This document shows, piece by piece, positions 1 through 14,900 of a stretch of 64,000 nt of DNA. The translations under genes were made by a program, and so were the position numbers. This stretch comes from Candidatus Hydrogenedentota bacterium (GTDB lineage: Bacteria; Hydrogenedentota; Hydrogenedentia; Hydrogenedentales; SLHB01), in the NCBI GenBank assembly GCA_963674865.2, contig CAXXYE010000011.1:224001-288000 (forward strand), in the 5' to 3' direction. Each line of letters opens with the position of its first letter. Within the stretch, counting starts at the first letter, position 1. Below the pieces are notes generated by a model. The model was not told where the DNA came from, searched no databases, and saw only the letters and a list, made by a program, of their open reading frames with translations.

Positions 1-3000
1 CAGGTTGCTGCGTGTGAGGATGGCGGCGCGTATGTGGTGGGCCATTTCAGGCGCGAGGTGGCCGTGGTCGGCGGCCCGCTCTCGACCGTGCTAACGCCCG
101 CTGTGCCGGGTGTCTACGAAACATTCGTGGCCAAGTACAACGCCGTCGGCGTCCTTGAGTGGGTGAAGCGCGTCTATGGCTCAGGGCGAGTCGAAATAGA
201 CGACTGTCGCACTGCGCCCGGGGAGGATGGTGTCCTTGTCGTTGGGTCATTCCAGGGTGTTGCCACCTTTGGGGCGGGGGAGCCCAATGAGACGAGCCTT
301 AACGCGGGCGTTTTCGGGCATATGTACCTGGCCAAGTTCAATTGCGATGGCACGCTGGCATGGGCAAAGCAGGCCGCCGGCGAGGAAGGCTTCACCTGCG
401 GGGAACTGACCCTGACGCCGCGAGGAAACGCGGTTGTGGTCGGACCGCTTTTTGGAACAGTGACCTTTGGCGAAGGAGAGCCGAACGAGACGGTGCTTGC
501 CGCCGTGGCCGAGCAGAGGATATTCGTTGCTGACTACGGTGTTGACGGCACCTTGGCCTGCGTCAAGTGCATTGCCGCCGCCTACAGCACATATGCAAGT
601 ATCAGCGCAGCGTGCGCTTTCTACGACGAGAGTGTGGCCTTCACGGGCTATTTCGATAGTACCCTTGCATTTGCGCCAGGCGAGCCGGGAGAGGTGTCAC
701 TCGTTTCAGAGGGTGACCGAGACGCTTTCCTGGCGCGGTTCTCCGTGGGGCAGGATTGGGATGGTGACGGGATGCCCAATAGCTGGGAAACTGCTCATGG
801 GCTGAACCGGAACGACGCGGTGGATGCTGCGGGGGATGGCGATGGTGATGGCCTGACCAACCTTGCGGAATATGAGAGCAACACGGACCCCAACGATGCC
901 GATACCGATAGCGACGGACTGCCCGATGGCGACGAGGTGTATAGCTCCAACCCGTTTATTCCTGATACAGACCATGACGGATTGTCGGATGGTGAGGAAG
1001 CGTTAGGCTACCTTACCCACACGGAAGTTCCTGACTCGGACGCCGACGGCTGGTCGGATGGCGAGGAGGTTGCCGCAGGCACAAGCCCGCTCGACCCAGA
1101 TGATCATCCACCGCTCGAGATAGGTTCGCTGACCTGGGCCCGAAGAGACGGGGGCCTGAGCGATGATCGGCTCTACAGTATGGTTGTGGGTTCGGATGGC
1201 CGAGCAGTTGGCGTCGGTTGCTTTGAGGGTACCTCGATTATGGGGGCCGATGGTCCTAACGAAACGGCGTTAGTTTCTGACGGCTCGATTGATATCTGCG
1301 TCGCCGGGTATGAGACCAGCGGCGCCCTTGCCTGGGCCAGGCGCGCCGGCGGGCCCAACATTGACTACGCACGTTGGGTGACCGTCCTGCCCGAAGGTAG
1401 TGTTTTGTTCCAAGCGCGGTTCACGGGAACGGGAACCTTTGGCCCCGGTGAACCGAATGAGGTCACGCTTGTCGGCCCAAGCACTGGCGCCCAGAACGTC
1501 CTCGTCAACTACAGCATGGACGGTACCCTGGCCCGGGTGACCCATGCAGGCAAGAGTTACGACTATGCTTATGGGCGCGGACTAGACATCTTCGACGACG
1601 GCAGTTCCGTCATCTGCGGCTATTTCCGAGGTCAGTTGGTCCTTGGCGAAGGCGAGCCGAACGAGACCGTGTTCCCTGGCACTACGCACTATCACGGGTT
1701 TCTCGCCAAGTATAATCCAGATCTAACGTTGGCTTGGGCTAGGCAAGCTGTTTCTGATGACCGCCTATACCCTTATGATGTGACCCTTCTGAGCGATAAC
1801 AGCGCAGTAGTTGCCGGGTACTTCCGAGGTGCGGCAACGTTCGGCCCAGGCGAGCCCAATGAAACAACCCTTATCGCTGATGACTATGACCTTTTTGTCG
1901 TTCGCTATCGCGCGGACGGTGCCCTGGCCTGGGCCAGGCAGGTTGGCGCGTCGAGTTCTGATTACGGATACGCCGTAGCAGCGTTGCCCGACGACTCTGT
2001 CATCGTGACGGGGCGTGTTGACGGAACAGTCATGTTTGGCGCTGGCGAGCCCAACGAAACAACGCTCGCCTCGGATGGCCTACGGATGTTCCTTGCCCGA
2101 TACCGTTCAGACGGCTCGTTGGTCTGGGCCAAAGAAGCCTTCAACGATACGGGGGCTTTTGCGGGCGCCTCTGCGGGCCGGGCTCTTGAGTGTTCCGAGC
2201 CCGGAAGCTTCGTGATTCAGGGCTATTTCAGTGGTACGGCAACCTTTGGGCCGGGAGAGCTGAACGAGACGTCACTCTCAACGGGCGACGCGTCCCTCCA
2301 GTATGGGTTCCTCGCCAAGTACCGTTGGGATGGAACGCTTGCGTGGGTCAGGTGGATCGGCGGTGCGACCCGGGCCTGGTCCGGTTACGACCTGAGTGTC
2401 TTGGGCGAGGGTACGGTACTTGTTGCGGGTTACTTCAACGGGGCCGCTGTCCTTGGGAAGGGCGAACCCTTTGAGACCTTCTTGACGAGCGCCGGGGACA
2501 ACGACGCCTTCGTCGCCAAGTACGTTGTTTGGACTGACAGTGACGGCGATGGCATGTCAGATGATTGGGAGGACTGGCGTGGCTTGGATCCGGATGTGAA
2601 TGATGCGGCTGACGATCCGGACGGGGACGGGTTGAGCAACCTAGCCGAGTACAACGCGCAAACCGACCCCGGCAATCCCGATACGGACGGCGACGGATAC
2701 ACCGATGGCGACGAAATCCGCGCCGGTACCAACCCGCTGGACGCATCCAGCTACCCCGTCGAGGGGCGGGAACTGTTGTGGGCGCGTCGGGACGGAGGGC
2801 CGGACAGAGACCAGGCGCAGACAATGGTCTCCTTTGACGACGGGAGCATGGTCGTGGCCGGGATATTCGAGGGGTCGGCGACATTCGGTGAAGGTGGCCC
2901 GAATGAAACCACACTGGTGTCCGCTGGGGCGTTGGATGTCTATGTCGCCAAGTACATTCCTGACGGCGGTCTTCTTTGGATAACCCAAGGGGGAGGCATC

Positions 3001-5990
3001 GGGCACGATTACCCGCTTGCCGTCGAGGCCCTTGCGGACGGAAGTTGTGTCGTTCAAGGCCGGTTCTCTTACACGGCCGTCTTTGGTCCGGGTGAGCTGA
3101 ACGAACGCACGTTGATGTCCTTAGATCACGATATGTTCCTGGCCAGATACAACCCCGACGGTAGTCTGGCCTGGGCTACGCAGACTTCCTCGCAGAGCTA
3201 CGGCGATGAGACGAATCCATGGTCAGGCGGGCGCGACATTGCGTTGCTTCCGGACGGCAACATTCTCGCCCTTGTTCGCTGTCAAGGCCGTGTAGAGTTC
3301 ATCCCCGAAAGCCCTGGAGCAATGACGGTCTATTCTGCCTTTCCGGGGCACTGGGATCTTGCTTACGCCAAGTACCGTTCCGATGGTTCGGTCGCTTGGG
3401 CTCAGCCCATTGTCGTCACCCGCGAGATCCACCCCAGTTCTTGGGGGTACGTGACCGCGTGCAGCGACGGCGGCGGATACGTGGCGGGGCAGTTCCGAAA
3501 CCAGGTCACCGTTGTGGGCGGCCCCCTGTCGACCCTGTTCACTCCTGCGGCCCCGAATGTCTACGAGGCCTTTGTCGCTAAGTACAACGCCGCAGGCGTC
3601 CTCGAGTGGATCAAGCATACCTGCGGTACGGGGCAGGTCGAGGTGGACGACTGTCGGACTGCGCCCGGGGAGGATGGTGTACTGGTGATCGGCACCTTCG
3701 ACGGCGTAGCGACGTTCGGCGAAGGTGAGGATAATGAGACGATCTTGGACGCCGGCGTCACCGCGGACGCGTACCTCGCCAAGTATGACCGCGACGGGAC
3801 GCTCGCATGGGTGACAAAGGCTAGCGGCGAAGAAGGCAGCACCTCCGGAAGAGTGGCCGTTACGCCACGCGGGAACCAAGTTGTGGCCGGGCTGTTCTCG
3901 GGGACGACCACCTTTGGCGAGGGAGAGTCGAACCAAACGGTGCTGAGCGCCACGGCTGACCAGAACCTTTACCTTGCCGACTTCGGTGTTGACGGGACCT
4001 TGAACAGCGTCAAGTGCATCGCCGCTGCCTATAGCTCCTATGCAAGTCTCGCTGCTATCTGTGCGTTCTACGACGAGGGTGTGGCGTTCGCAGGTAATTT
4101 CGACGATTCCCTTACGTTTGCGCCAGGCGAGCCGGGAGAAATCTCACTGGTTTCGGAGGGCGGTCGAGACGCCTACTTGGCGAGGTTTTCCGCCGGGACT
4201 GATTGGGACGGTGACGGGATCCCCAACGACTGGGAATATGCCCACGAACTCGACCAGAACAACCCGGCCGATGCTACGGATGATGGTGATAGTGATGGCC
4301 TTACAAACCTAGAAGAATATGAGAACAACACTGATCCTAATGACGCCGATACAGATGGCGACGGAATGCCCGACGGCGACGAAGTACATGTATACACCTC
4401 GAACCCGTTCATCCCTGACACTGACCATGATGGGTTGCTGGATGGTGAAGAAGCGCTAGACTACCTTACCTACACGGACGCTCCTGACTCGGACGCCGAC
4501 GGCTGGTCGGATGGCGAGGAGGTTGCCGCAGGCACAAGCCCGCTCGACCCAGATGATCATCCACCGATCGAGGCGGGCTCGCTGCTTTGGGTCCGAAAAG
4601 ACGGGGGCACAAGTGATGACCGTGGCTACAGTGTAGTTGCGGGCGCGGATGGCCGCCTAGTCGGCGTCGGTACCTTCGAGGACAGCTCGACCTTCGGCGC
4701 CGACGAACCCAGCGAGACCGAACTGGTTGCTGGCGGGGGGTTAGACATTCATATCGCCGGGTATAACGCCGACGGTTCTTTGGCTTGGGCCAAGCGCGCC
4801 GGAGGGTGGTACACAGATTACGCGCGCCGCGTGATCACACTCCCTGACGATACCGCCCTGATTCAGGCACGGTTCTCCGGGATAGGTACCTTTGCGCCAG
4901 GCGAGCCCGAAGAAACGACCCTGGTGGGGGCAAGCGCCAGCGCCCAGAACGTCCTGATCAATTACAGTCTGGACGGCACTCTGGAGCGGGTAGTCTACGC
5001 TGGAAAGAGCTACGACTGCGCCTACGGAAGAGGTTTCGACCTTTGCGGCGACAGCAGTCTGGTCCTCGTCGGCTATTTCCGGGGGGAAACGATTTTCGGT
5101 GAAGGTGAGCCCAACGAAACAACGCTAAACAGCAGTGGATATAGCCTTTACAACGGTTTTCTCGCCAAGTACAACCCGGACTGGACCCTGGCTTGGGCCA
5201 AGGAGGCACTGGCGAACGACAGACTGTACTTCAATGATGTGGCTGCGTTGAGCGATGGCAGTGCCATGGTCGTCGGCTACTTCAGAATCAATGCCACATT
5301 TGGCCCGGGCGAACCTAACGAGACGACCCTTGTCGGTGACGACTATGACGGCTTCATCGCACGCTACCACCCCGACGGCACGGTTGCCTGGGCGGAAGGC
5401 TTTGGAGCCAGCGGAACCGACCGGGCGTATGCGGTCACGGCACTTCAAGACGACTCCATCATTGTGACAGGCTACATTGATGGCCCGGTGACCTTTGCCG
5501 CCGGGGAGCCTAACGAGACGACCCTGACGTCGGATGGCCCGCGGATGTTCCTGGCGCGCTACCGCGCCGACGGCTCGTTGGTCTGGGCTAAGGAGGCCGT
5601 CAATGATACAGGAGCGTTTGCGGGGTCATCTGGTTCCCATGCCATTGAGCGCGCCGAGCGGGGCACCGTGCTGATTCAGGGCTATTTCCGCGGCGAGGTG
5701 ACCTTTGGTCCGGGAGAAGCTAACGAAACCACGCTCTCAACAGGCGATGCCTCGATCCAGTATGGTTTTCTCGCGAAATACCGTATGGACGGGACGCTTG
5801 CCCGTGCAAACTGGGCTGGTGGAGCGGGCACTACGAGCACCGGGTACGACGTGAGTGTTCTGGACGACGGTACGGCGCTTGTCACGGGATGCTTCACGGG
5901 CGGCGCGGCTTTCGGCTTTGGGGAACCTAACGAGACCTCACTTGCCAGTGCCGGAGGACGGGATGCCTTTCTCGCCAAGTACGTTGTTTG
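1..5990 (+). repeat. Internal tandem duplication (~3.45 kb unit) of two 'GEPNET'-type beta-propellers plus Ca-binding linkers
   Basis: 1-2730 aligns to ~3448-6190 (offset ~3447-3459). 1029-1113 is identical to 4482-4566, and 2514-2726 is nearly identical to 5973-6185. Confidence 0.9.
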
Positions 5991-8900
5991 GACTGACAGT
6001 GACGGCGATGGCATGTCAGATGATTGGGAAAACTGGCGTGGCCTGGATCCGGATGTGGATGATGCGGCTGACGATCCGGACGGCGACGGGTTGAGCAACC
6101 TGGCAGAGTACAACGCGCAAACCGACCCCGGCAATCCCGATACGGACGGCGACGGATACACCGATGGCGACGAAGTCCACGCCGGAACCGATCCTAACGA
6201 CCCATCCAGCTCTGCGCTGGGGGATGCCGAGAATCCGGCGCAGTTGATCTGGAGCACGTTTGTGGGCGGACTCGATTGGGATGAGGGATGTGCGCACGTC
6301 GTGGACGCGGAAGGCAACGTCTATCTGGCCGGGGACACAGAATCCCCTGATTTCCCGACCACAGCGGGCGCTTACGACGATACGCTCGACGGCAGCGAAG
6401 ATGCCTATGTGGCCAAGTTGAACAGCACGGGCGACGCGCTCGTGTTCTCGACGTACCTGGGCGGCTCGGGCGAGGACCGGGTTTGGGACATCCTGGTGGA
6501 CGACCTGGGTGACATCTTCCTCATCGGCAGCACGACCTCCGAGGATTTTCCGACGACCTCCGGCGCGTATGACACGACCTTCAACGGCGATGAGGACGTG
6601 TTCATTGCGAAGCTCAATTCGACAGGCGATACACTGCTCTTCTCGACGTTCTTGGGCGGGTCATCGCGGGAGTATCCATACGAGGACCAGGTTCTTGTAT
6701 TGGATGCGTCGGGCAATTTGTGCTTTGCGGGCGCGACGGCTTCAGCTGATTTCCCGACGAGCCCGGATGCCTACGATGGAACGCACAATGGGGACAATGA
6801 CGCCTTCGTGGTGAAACTATCGAGCGATTGCGGCGTCCTGGTGTATTCAACGTATCTCGGGGGCAGCGGCTCCGAGGTGGCCCATTCCTTGGCCATCAGC
6901 GCCACGGGCGAGTTGCACGTCATCGGCACCACGAGTTCATGGGATTTCCCGACCACTCCGGGGGCGAACGATGCGGTTCTTGATGGCCCGGACGATACAT
7001 TTGTTACGAAGTTCAACGCGTCATGCACGGCTCTGGCATATAGTACGTTTCTGGGCGGAAGCGCCGGCGAACACGGGAATCGGGCGACCGTTGATGGAAG
7101 CGGCGGCCTTTACGTGTCGGGGAGGACGGAATCCTGGGATTTCCCGGTTACACCGGGCGCCTATGACAAGTCCTTCAACGGAGACAGGGACGCGTTTTGC
7201 GCGAGACTTGACGCCAGCGGCCAGTTGCTTGCGTCGACGTATATCGGTGGGTTCTTGCGCGATCAGGGCCATACGGTTCTCGTTGACAGTGTAGGAAACG
7301 TCTGGCTCTCCGGCTTCGCGTATTCCTCTGATTTTCCGACGACGCGCGGTGCGTTCGACCGGACGCTGAGTGGCGAATACGACATGTTCTTGGTGAGTTT
7401 TGATGGCCTGCTAGGCCATTTGCTGTATGGCACGTTCCTCGGGGGCAGTGACGGCGAGGGTATGGACAGTTTCACCGAATTCGGCCCAGACGGTAGCCTC
7501 TTCCTACTGGGACGGACCAAATCAGCTGACTTCCCTGTTACGCCGGGGGCGTACGATACGCAATACGCAGATGGCGGGGACCTCTTCATTACGAAGCTCG
7601 ACCCGGCGGCGGGCATGGGGGATAGCGACGGGGACGGGATGCCCGATTGGTGGGAGAACCTTTACGGCCTGGATCCGGGCGTGAACGACGCTGCCGGCGA
7701 CCTGGATGGCGACGGGCTAAACAACCTCGATGAATACAATCGCAATACTGACCCGGATAATCCGGACTCTGATGGCGACGGCTATAGCGACGGCGACGAG
7801 GTGGCGGCGGGGAAGGATCCCAACAGCGCGTCAAGTTCCCCTCTGGGCGATGCGCAGAATCCCGCCCAGCTTGTGTGGAGCACCTTCTTGGGTGGGACGG
7901 ACATCGAAGAGGCATCGGGGCTGGCGGTGGATACCTCGGGCAACAGCTACGTGGCCGGGCGGACATGTTCTACCGACTTTCCCGTCACGCCGGGCGCCTA
8001 CGATGAGAGCTTCAATGGCGGAACGGACGATGCCTATGTGGCCAAGCTCAACGATACCGGCGACGCGCTCGTATTTGCCACGTTCTTGGGCGGTTCGGGG
8101 GATGACTTTGCGTCGGATCTCTGCGTGGATGACGCAGGAAACATCTACGTGGTTGGCAGCACGACTTCAGCGGACTTCCCAACAACACCGGGCGCCTACG
8201 ACACGACGTTCAACGGCTCCGAGGATGTCTTTGTAGCGAAGCTGAACGCTACGGGAGATACGCTGCTTTACTCGACGTTCATTGGCGGAGCCAATGACGA
8301 CAGCCCGAGGGAACGCAGCGCAATCGTGCTGGACGAGGCAGGGTCCCTCTATATCGCAGGGCGAACCGCTTCATCGGACTTCCCGACCACTTCCGGCTCC
8401 TACGCCCCCACGTTCGGCGGGGGCGGGTCGGACGGCTTCATCACAAAACTCAGCGCTGACGGGAGTGCGTTGGTTTACTCGACATTCCTGGGGGGAAGCG
8501 CGGATGAACTGTGCTCCTCTCTGGCGGTCAATGCCGCTGGCGAAGTATACGTCGGAGGAAATACGGATTCGATAGATTTCCCGACGACCTCGGGCGCTTT
8601 CGACACAAGTCACGGGGGCTGGGGCGACGCCTATGTGGCGAAGCTTAGCGCGGATGGAACGGCTCTCCTCTTCTCAACGCTCATCGGCGGGAGTGGCGAC
8701 GACACAGGCCGGCACGTGGCCTTGACGGACACTGGCGAGGTCTACCTGTCTGGCTGGACCGACTCGCTGAATTTCCCTGTCACGTCCGGTGCCTACGGCG
8801 AGACGTTCAACGGCGACCGGGACGGTTTTGTGGTGTTGCTTGATGCCACAGGCAGCGCCGTGCTTGCCGGGACGTATCTGAGCGGCGCCGAGTTCGACAC

Positions 8901-11900
8901 GGTTCACGAACTTGAGCTTGACGGCAGCGGCAACCTCTGGGTGTCCGGCATGGTGCGGTCGGAGGATTTTCCGAACACGCCCGGAGCCTTTGACCGAACC
9001 TATAACGGTAACACGGACCAGTACGTTGCCGAGTTCGACGCCTCCCTGACGACGCTTCTGTACGGCACCTTTGTGGGAGGGATGTATTTCGAGGGAGATT
9101 ACTTCATGGCCTTGGGCCCGGCGGACAACATCTATGTCTACGGCCGGACTCAGTCGAAAAACTTCCCGTTCACACCGGATGCCTACGACACCACCTACAA
9201 CGGGAATCGCGATGGATTTGTCCTGAAGCTGGATCCGGCAGGCGGTACGGGGGATGCTGATGCAGACGGGATGCCCGACTGGTGGGAGAGCCTTTACGGC
9301 TTGGAGCCGAACGTGGACGATGCCGCCGGCGACCTGGATGGCGACGGGTTGAGCAATGTCGATGAATACAACTGGGGCACCCGCCCGGATTATTCGGACA
9401 CGGACGGTGACGGATACACGGACGGTGACGAGGTCCACGCGGGGACCGATCCTAACGATCCGTCCGACTCCCTCATCGGCGACGCCGAAAACCCGGCAGC
9501 GCTGGAGTGGGGGACTTTCCTGGGCGGCAGCGACCAAGAGGAAGCGCGTGGCCTGTACATCGATGGAGATGGCAATACCTACGTTGTCGGGAAAACGGTG
9601 TCTGCTGACTTCCCGGCGACGGCCGGGGCCTTGTCTGAGGCATTCAACGGCGGCTCTGAGGACGGATACGTGACGAAGTTCAACAGCACGGGCGAAACCT
9701 TGCTGTTTTCCACGTTCCTGGGCGGCTCGGGATGGGACCGCGTATCCACTGTCGTGCCTGACGGCCTAGGCAACATCTACGTGCTCGGGGATACGGACTC
9801 GGCGGATTTCCCGACAACGGCCGGGGCGTACGACACCACGGCGAACGGCGGCGCCGATCTGTTCGTGGCGAAGCTCACCGGCACGGGGGACACCTTGCTG
9901 TGGAGTACGCTGCTCGGGGGCAGCGGAGATGAGGAGATTTACGACCGGAGCGTGCTCATAGTCGACGGTTCAGGCGACCTGTGGCTCTCGGGCTGGACGT
10001 ATTCGGCGGATTTCCCGACGACATCGGGAGCGTATGACACGACGCCGAACGGCGGGGCCGATGGGTTCGTCGTCAAGCTGGCCGGTGACGGCAGCGCGGT
10101 GCTCTACAGCACGCTGCTGGGCGGCAGCGACGATGACAATCCTCACAATCTACAGCTCAACGGTGTGGGTGAAGTCTACGTGGTGGGCGAGACGTGGTCC
10201 GGGGACTTCCCCGTCACCTCCGGGGCCTACGACGAGACATTCAACGGCGACCGCGATGTCTTCGTGGCGAAACTCAATGCGGTTGGCGATGCCTTGCTTT
10301 ACGGTACCTATTTTGGCGGCACAGGCCGTGACACATCGGCGGACTTTCTCCTGCTGCCGGCTTCGGAGGAGGTGTGCATATCCGGTTACACGGAGTCGTG
10401 GGACTTTCCGACCACCTCCGGTGCTTATGATGAAACACGGGACGGTGATCGTGACGCGTTCTGCTCGATTCTGGACGCCACGGGGAGCAGTCTGACCGCT
10501 TCGACTCTTGTCGGCGGATCGGCCCGCGAGAGTGGGAACACACTGGCTCTCGATTCCGGAGGGAATATATGGCTATCCGGCTCGACGGAGTCCGTTGACT
10601 TTCCGACTACCCCTGGAGCCTTCGACGTTTCGCTCAATGGCGGCTGGGACGAGGTCATTGTGCAGTTTGACCCCTCGTTAACATCCCTTTTATACAGCAC
10701 TTACGTGGGCGGGGCAGCGGCCGAGGGCGACTACTACGTGGCGTTGGATTCAGCCGACCATGTGTACGTGTACGGCCGGACGGAATCGCTGGCATTCCCC
10801 GTTACGCCGGGCGCCTATGACACAACATTCAACGGCTATCGCGACGCGTACTTGCTCAAGCTCGATCCCTCAACCGTGAACCTCGACAGTGATGGCGACG
10901 GGATGCCCGACTGGTGGGAAAACCGGTACGGCCTCGACCCGGGCGTCTACGACGCGGATGACGACGGCGACGGTGACTGGTTGACCAACCTGGATGAGTT
11001 CAACGCGGACACCGACCCGAGCAGCTCGGATACCGACGGCGACGGTTGGAACGACCGGGCCGAAATCGAGCGCGGCGCCGACCCGCGTGACAACGCCGAC
11101 TTTCCTTACGCAAAGAGGTCCCTGCGGTGGGCCACTCAAATCGGTTCCGCCGGTTATGTTTCCCATCCCCAAGTGGCCTGCCTTGAAAGCGGTGTGACGG
11201 TGGTGTTTGGCCGGTTCGAAGAAGCCGTCACGTTTGCCGCGGGGCAGCTGGGGGAGACCACCCTGTACTCGGTGGGCGAGCGAGACCTCTTCATCGCGCT
11301 CTACGGCCCCGATGGCGCGTTTGCGGGCGCTCTGCGGGCGGGTGGGCCGTACAACGACGTGCCCTGGGATGTGATGGTGCTCCCGGATGGGACTGCGGTC
11401 ATTACGGGCGAGTTTACGGGGGAAGCGACGTTCAACGCCGGCGCACCGGATCAGGTCACGCTTGCCTCTTTGAACGGTGACATGTTCCTTGTCAAGTATA
11501 ACATCGATGGTTCCATTGACTGGGCCGCCCAGTCCTCGGCGGTTGATGCGGGAAGCCGTGCGTATGGTCGAAACATCGCGCCCCTCGGCGACGGGAGCAT
11601 GATCGTCTGCGGCCGTGTCCAAGGCACGGTGGTCTTTGGCGCCGGCGAGCCGAACGAGACGACGCTTTCGGGCATCTACGACACCTTCTTCGCCAAATAC
11701 AACCCGGATGGCTCCTTGGCGTGGGCCCGGGTTGTTGGACAGTTGGCCGACGCGAGTAGTTCCCTAACCGGCTATGTAGCCGCGTTGGATGACGGCAGGA
11801 TGTACTTGTTTGCCGAATTCCGAGGCGAGATAACGGTAGTCCCCGGCCCGAATGCCACGACACTGACCTCCTCCCCCTACGACGTGTACGACCTTGTGGC

Positions 11901-14900
11901 CGCCGGCTTCAACGCTGACGGAACTGTCGCCTGGGTTAAGCAAGCGGGCGGGACGGATCGTGAGGACGGCGACCACGATATTGTTGCGCTAGACGATGGC
12001 AGCTTGCTTGCGGTAGGCCAGTTCAACGGGACAACGACTCTTGGCGCGGGGGAGGCGAACGAGACCGTGTTGGTGTCGGCGGGTGACTACGACATGTACA
12101 TCGCCAGATACAACCCGGATGGGTCGCTCGCGTGGGCCAAACAAGCAGGCGGACCGGGGCGCGAGAACAACAACAGGCTCTCAAGTTTCGGCGACGGGAC
12201 GATGGTCGGCGCCAGTGTCTTTGACCAGGCAACCACGGTTGGACCCGGCGAACCGGGAGAGATGACGCTCGAAGCATGGGATATCGAGAACGCCTTTCTT
12301 GCCGATCATTGCGCCGACGGTTCCCTGGCCTGGGCCAAGCGCATCGCGTGTTCTGATGTGGCGATGAGCGTGACGGACATCGCTGCCCTGTCGTGCCGGG
12401 ACGTAGCCGTTGCCGGGACATTCGAGGGCGCCCTGGCCCTCGCCCCGGGCGAGCCGGAACAAACCACGCTTGCCGGCGGGGCCGTGCGGGGCGCCTACAT
12501 TGCCGTCTTTGCCGAAACGGATCACGACGGCGACGGCATCTCGGACCTCGCGGAGGGAGACGGCGACCCGGATGGGGATGGCATTCCGAACTACCTGGAC
12601 CCTGACAGCGACGGCGACGGTATGCCGGATGCCTGGGAGCACCAGCACGGCCTTGATCCCTATATGGATGACATTGCGGGTGATCCGGACGAAGACGACC
12701 TCAACAATCTTGAGGAATACCAAGCCGGTACAGACCCTCAGGATAGCGATACCGACGATGACGGTTTTCTCGACGGCGCCGAGATCACTTTCGGTACTGA
12801 CCCGTTGGATCCAAACGACGTGCCGGCGGCGGATTTCTCCGCAAGTACTACGCTCGGGGAGCCTTCGCTTCGTGTTCTGTTTGCGGCAACATCCGAGGTC
12901 GATGGCGAGCCGGTTACTGCGTGGTCATGGGATTTCGGTGATGGAAGCCCCGCAGTTGGAGAACAGAACCCGGAGCACATCTATACGGTGTCCGGCAGCT
13001 TCGATGTGACTCTCACCTTAACCACGGCGACTGGCGACGCAATCCTCAGCAAGCCCTCTTTCGTGAATGTGGCGGACACCGCCAATTTGGCTTCCGGGAC
13101 GGTGGATCTGACGGACGCGGTGATTGTAACGCGCCCCGGTAGTCTCCCAAGCGCCGAGCAGATGGCCGCGGCCATGTTGATGTATGAAGTCGAGACGCGC
13201 ACGGGCCTCACGTGGCCCATCACCGACACATGGCCCGCTACGGGCACTGTCATCGCCATTACTTCGCAATCCGACCCTGGACCCCCGGTTAACGAGGAAG
13301 GCTATCACCTCTTTGTCGAGGCAGGAGGTCCTGGGCCAGAGGTGGTGTGGATTATCGGTGGTGGCCCGCGCGGCGCGCTCTACGGCGCCGGCAAGCTGCT
13401 GCGGAGCCTGGATTGGGCCACCGAAACGGCGCAACTTGACCAGGCGCCGGGCGTCACCACCGAGCCGGCATACCCCCTGCGGGGCCACCAGATTGGTTAT
13501 CGCAATCTGGCCAATACTTACGACGCGTGGGATCGCGACCAGTATGAGCAGTACATCCGTGAACTCGTGATCTTCGGCGCCAACGCTATCGAGAACATCC
13601 CCTTTGAGACGGTGGATAGCGTGCATTTCCCCATCGCCAAGGAGCAGATGGCCCTGGAGATAAGCGCGATCTGCGCTGATTACGGCATTGAGCACTGGAT
13701 CTGGACGCCCGCGCCCGACCTCTACAATTCCACCGCACGAGCGGCCTCGCTTGCCCAACATGAGGCGTTCTACCAGCAGTGCGAGCGCCTGGACGGTGTG
13801 TTTGTTCCTGGAGGAGATCCGGGCAGTAATCCGCCGGACCTTGTCATGACCTTCCTGGAAGACCTGGCCAGCCTGTTGTCCGTTTACCATCCAGATGCAG
13901 GTATATGGGTGTCCAACCAAGGCTTCGAGCAGGACGAGAATGACTGGTTCTTCGACTACCTGCAAACCTACGAACCGGATTGGCTCGCAGGCGTTGTGTA
14001 CGGCCCGTGGACCAAGCTCTCCCTTGAGGAGGAGCGCAGTCGTGTGCCGGCCAAATATCCCATCCGCCGGTATCCTGACATCACGCACAACGTGCGGTGC
14101 CAGTATCCCGTGCCTGAATGGGACGGCGCATTTGCACACACCCTTGGACGTGAGGCAAGCAACCCGAGGCCGTTGGATGAGGCCCATATCCACAATGTGT
14201 TCGCACCCCTGGCCGACGGCTTCCTCGCCTACTCGGATGGCGCCCATGACGACCTGAACAAGGCGGTCTGGAGCATGTGCGGGTGGGAACCGAGCACGCC
14301 CGTCGACGAGATTGTCGAGGACTATGCGCGGTTCTTCTTCGGCCCAGACGTCGCTGAGGATGCCGCCGATGGCCTCTTCGCGCTCGAGCAGAATTGGGTG
14401 GGCCCTGTCGCGGGCAACGCTGTTATTGCCAATACGCTTGCCCTCTGGGAAGGGCTCGAAGCGCTTCGGCCCGAACTGGCGTCGAACTGGCGCTGGCAGC
14501 TGTGCTTGCTGCGTGCCAATTATGATGCATACATCCAAGAGCGCCTCACCTATGAGACGACCCTCGAGGAGCAGGCCGATACCGCTCTCGCCACGGCCTC
14601 TTCCATCGGGGCGGATACGGCCATGGCCGACGCACAGGCGGCGCTCGACCTGGCGGATACGGTGCCCGTGCGTCCCGATCTGCGGACTCGCATCGTCGAC
14701 TTGTGTGACGACCTGTTCAACACCATTGGTATGCAGACTAGCGTACCCCTGTACGGCGCCAAGAACTACGAGCGCGGCTGCGTTCTTGACTTCGTTGATC
14801 ACCCGCTGAATAACCGCTGGTGGTACGAGAACGTGTTCGCTGTTGCAGCCGGCTCGGGGACGGAGCAGGAGAAGCTCGATATCCTGAACGGCTGGATCCT

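Noticed and set aside
13018..14802. 594-aa minus-strand ORF (likewise 16891-18438 and 18589-19629)
   Set aside because: Antisense shadows of the giant gene with no independent coding evidence.
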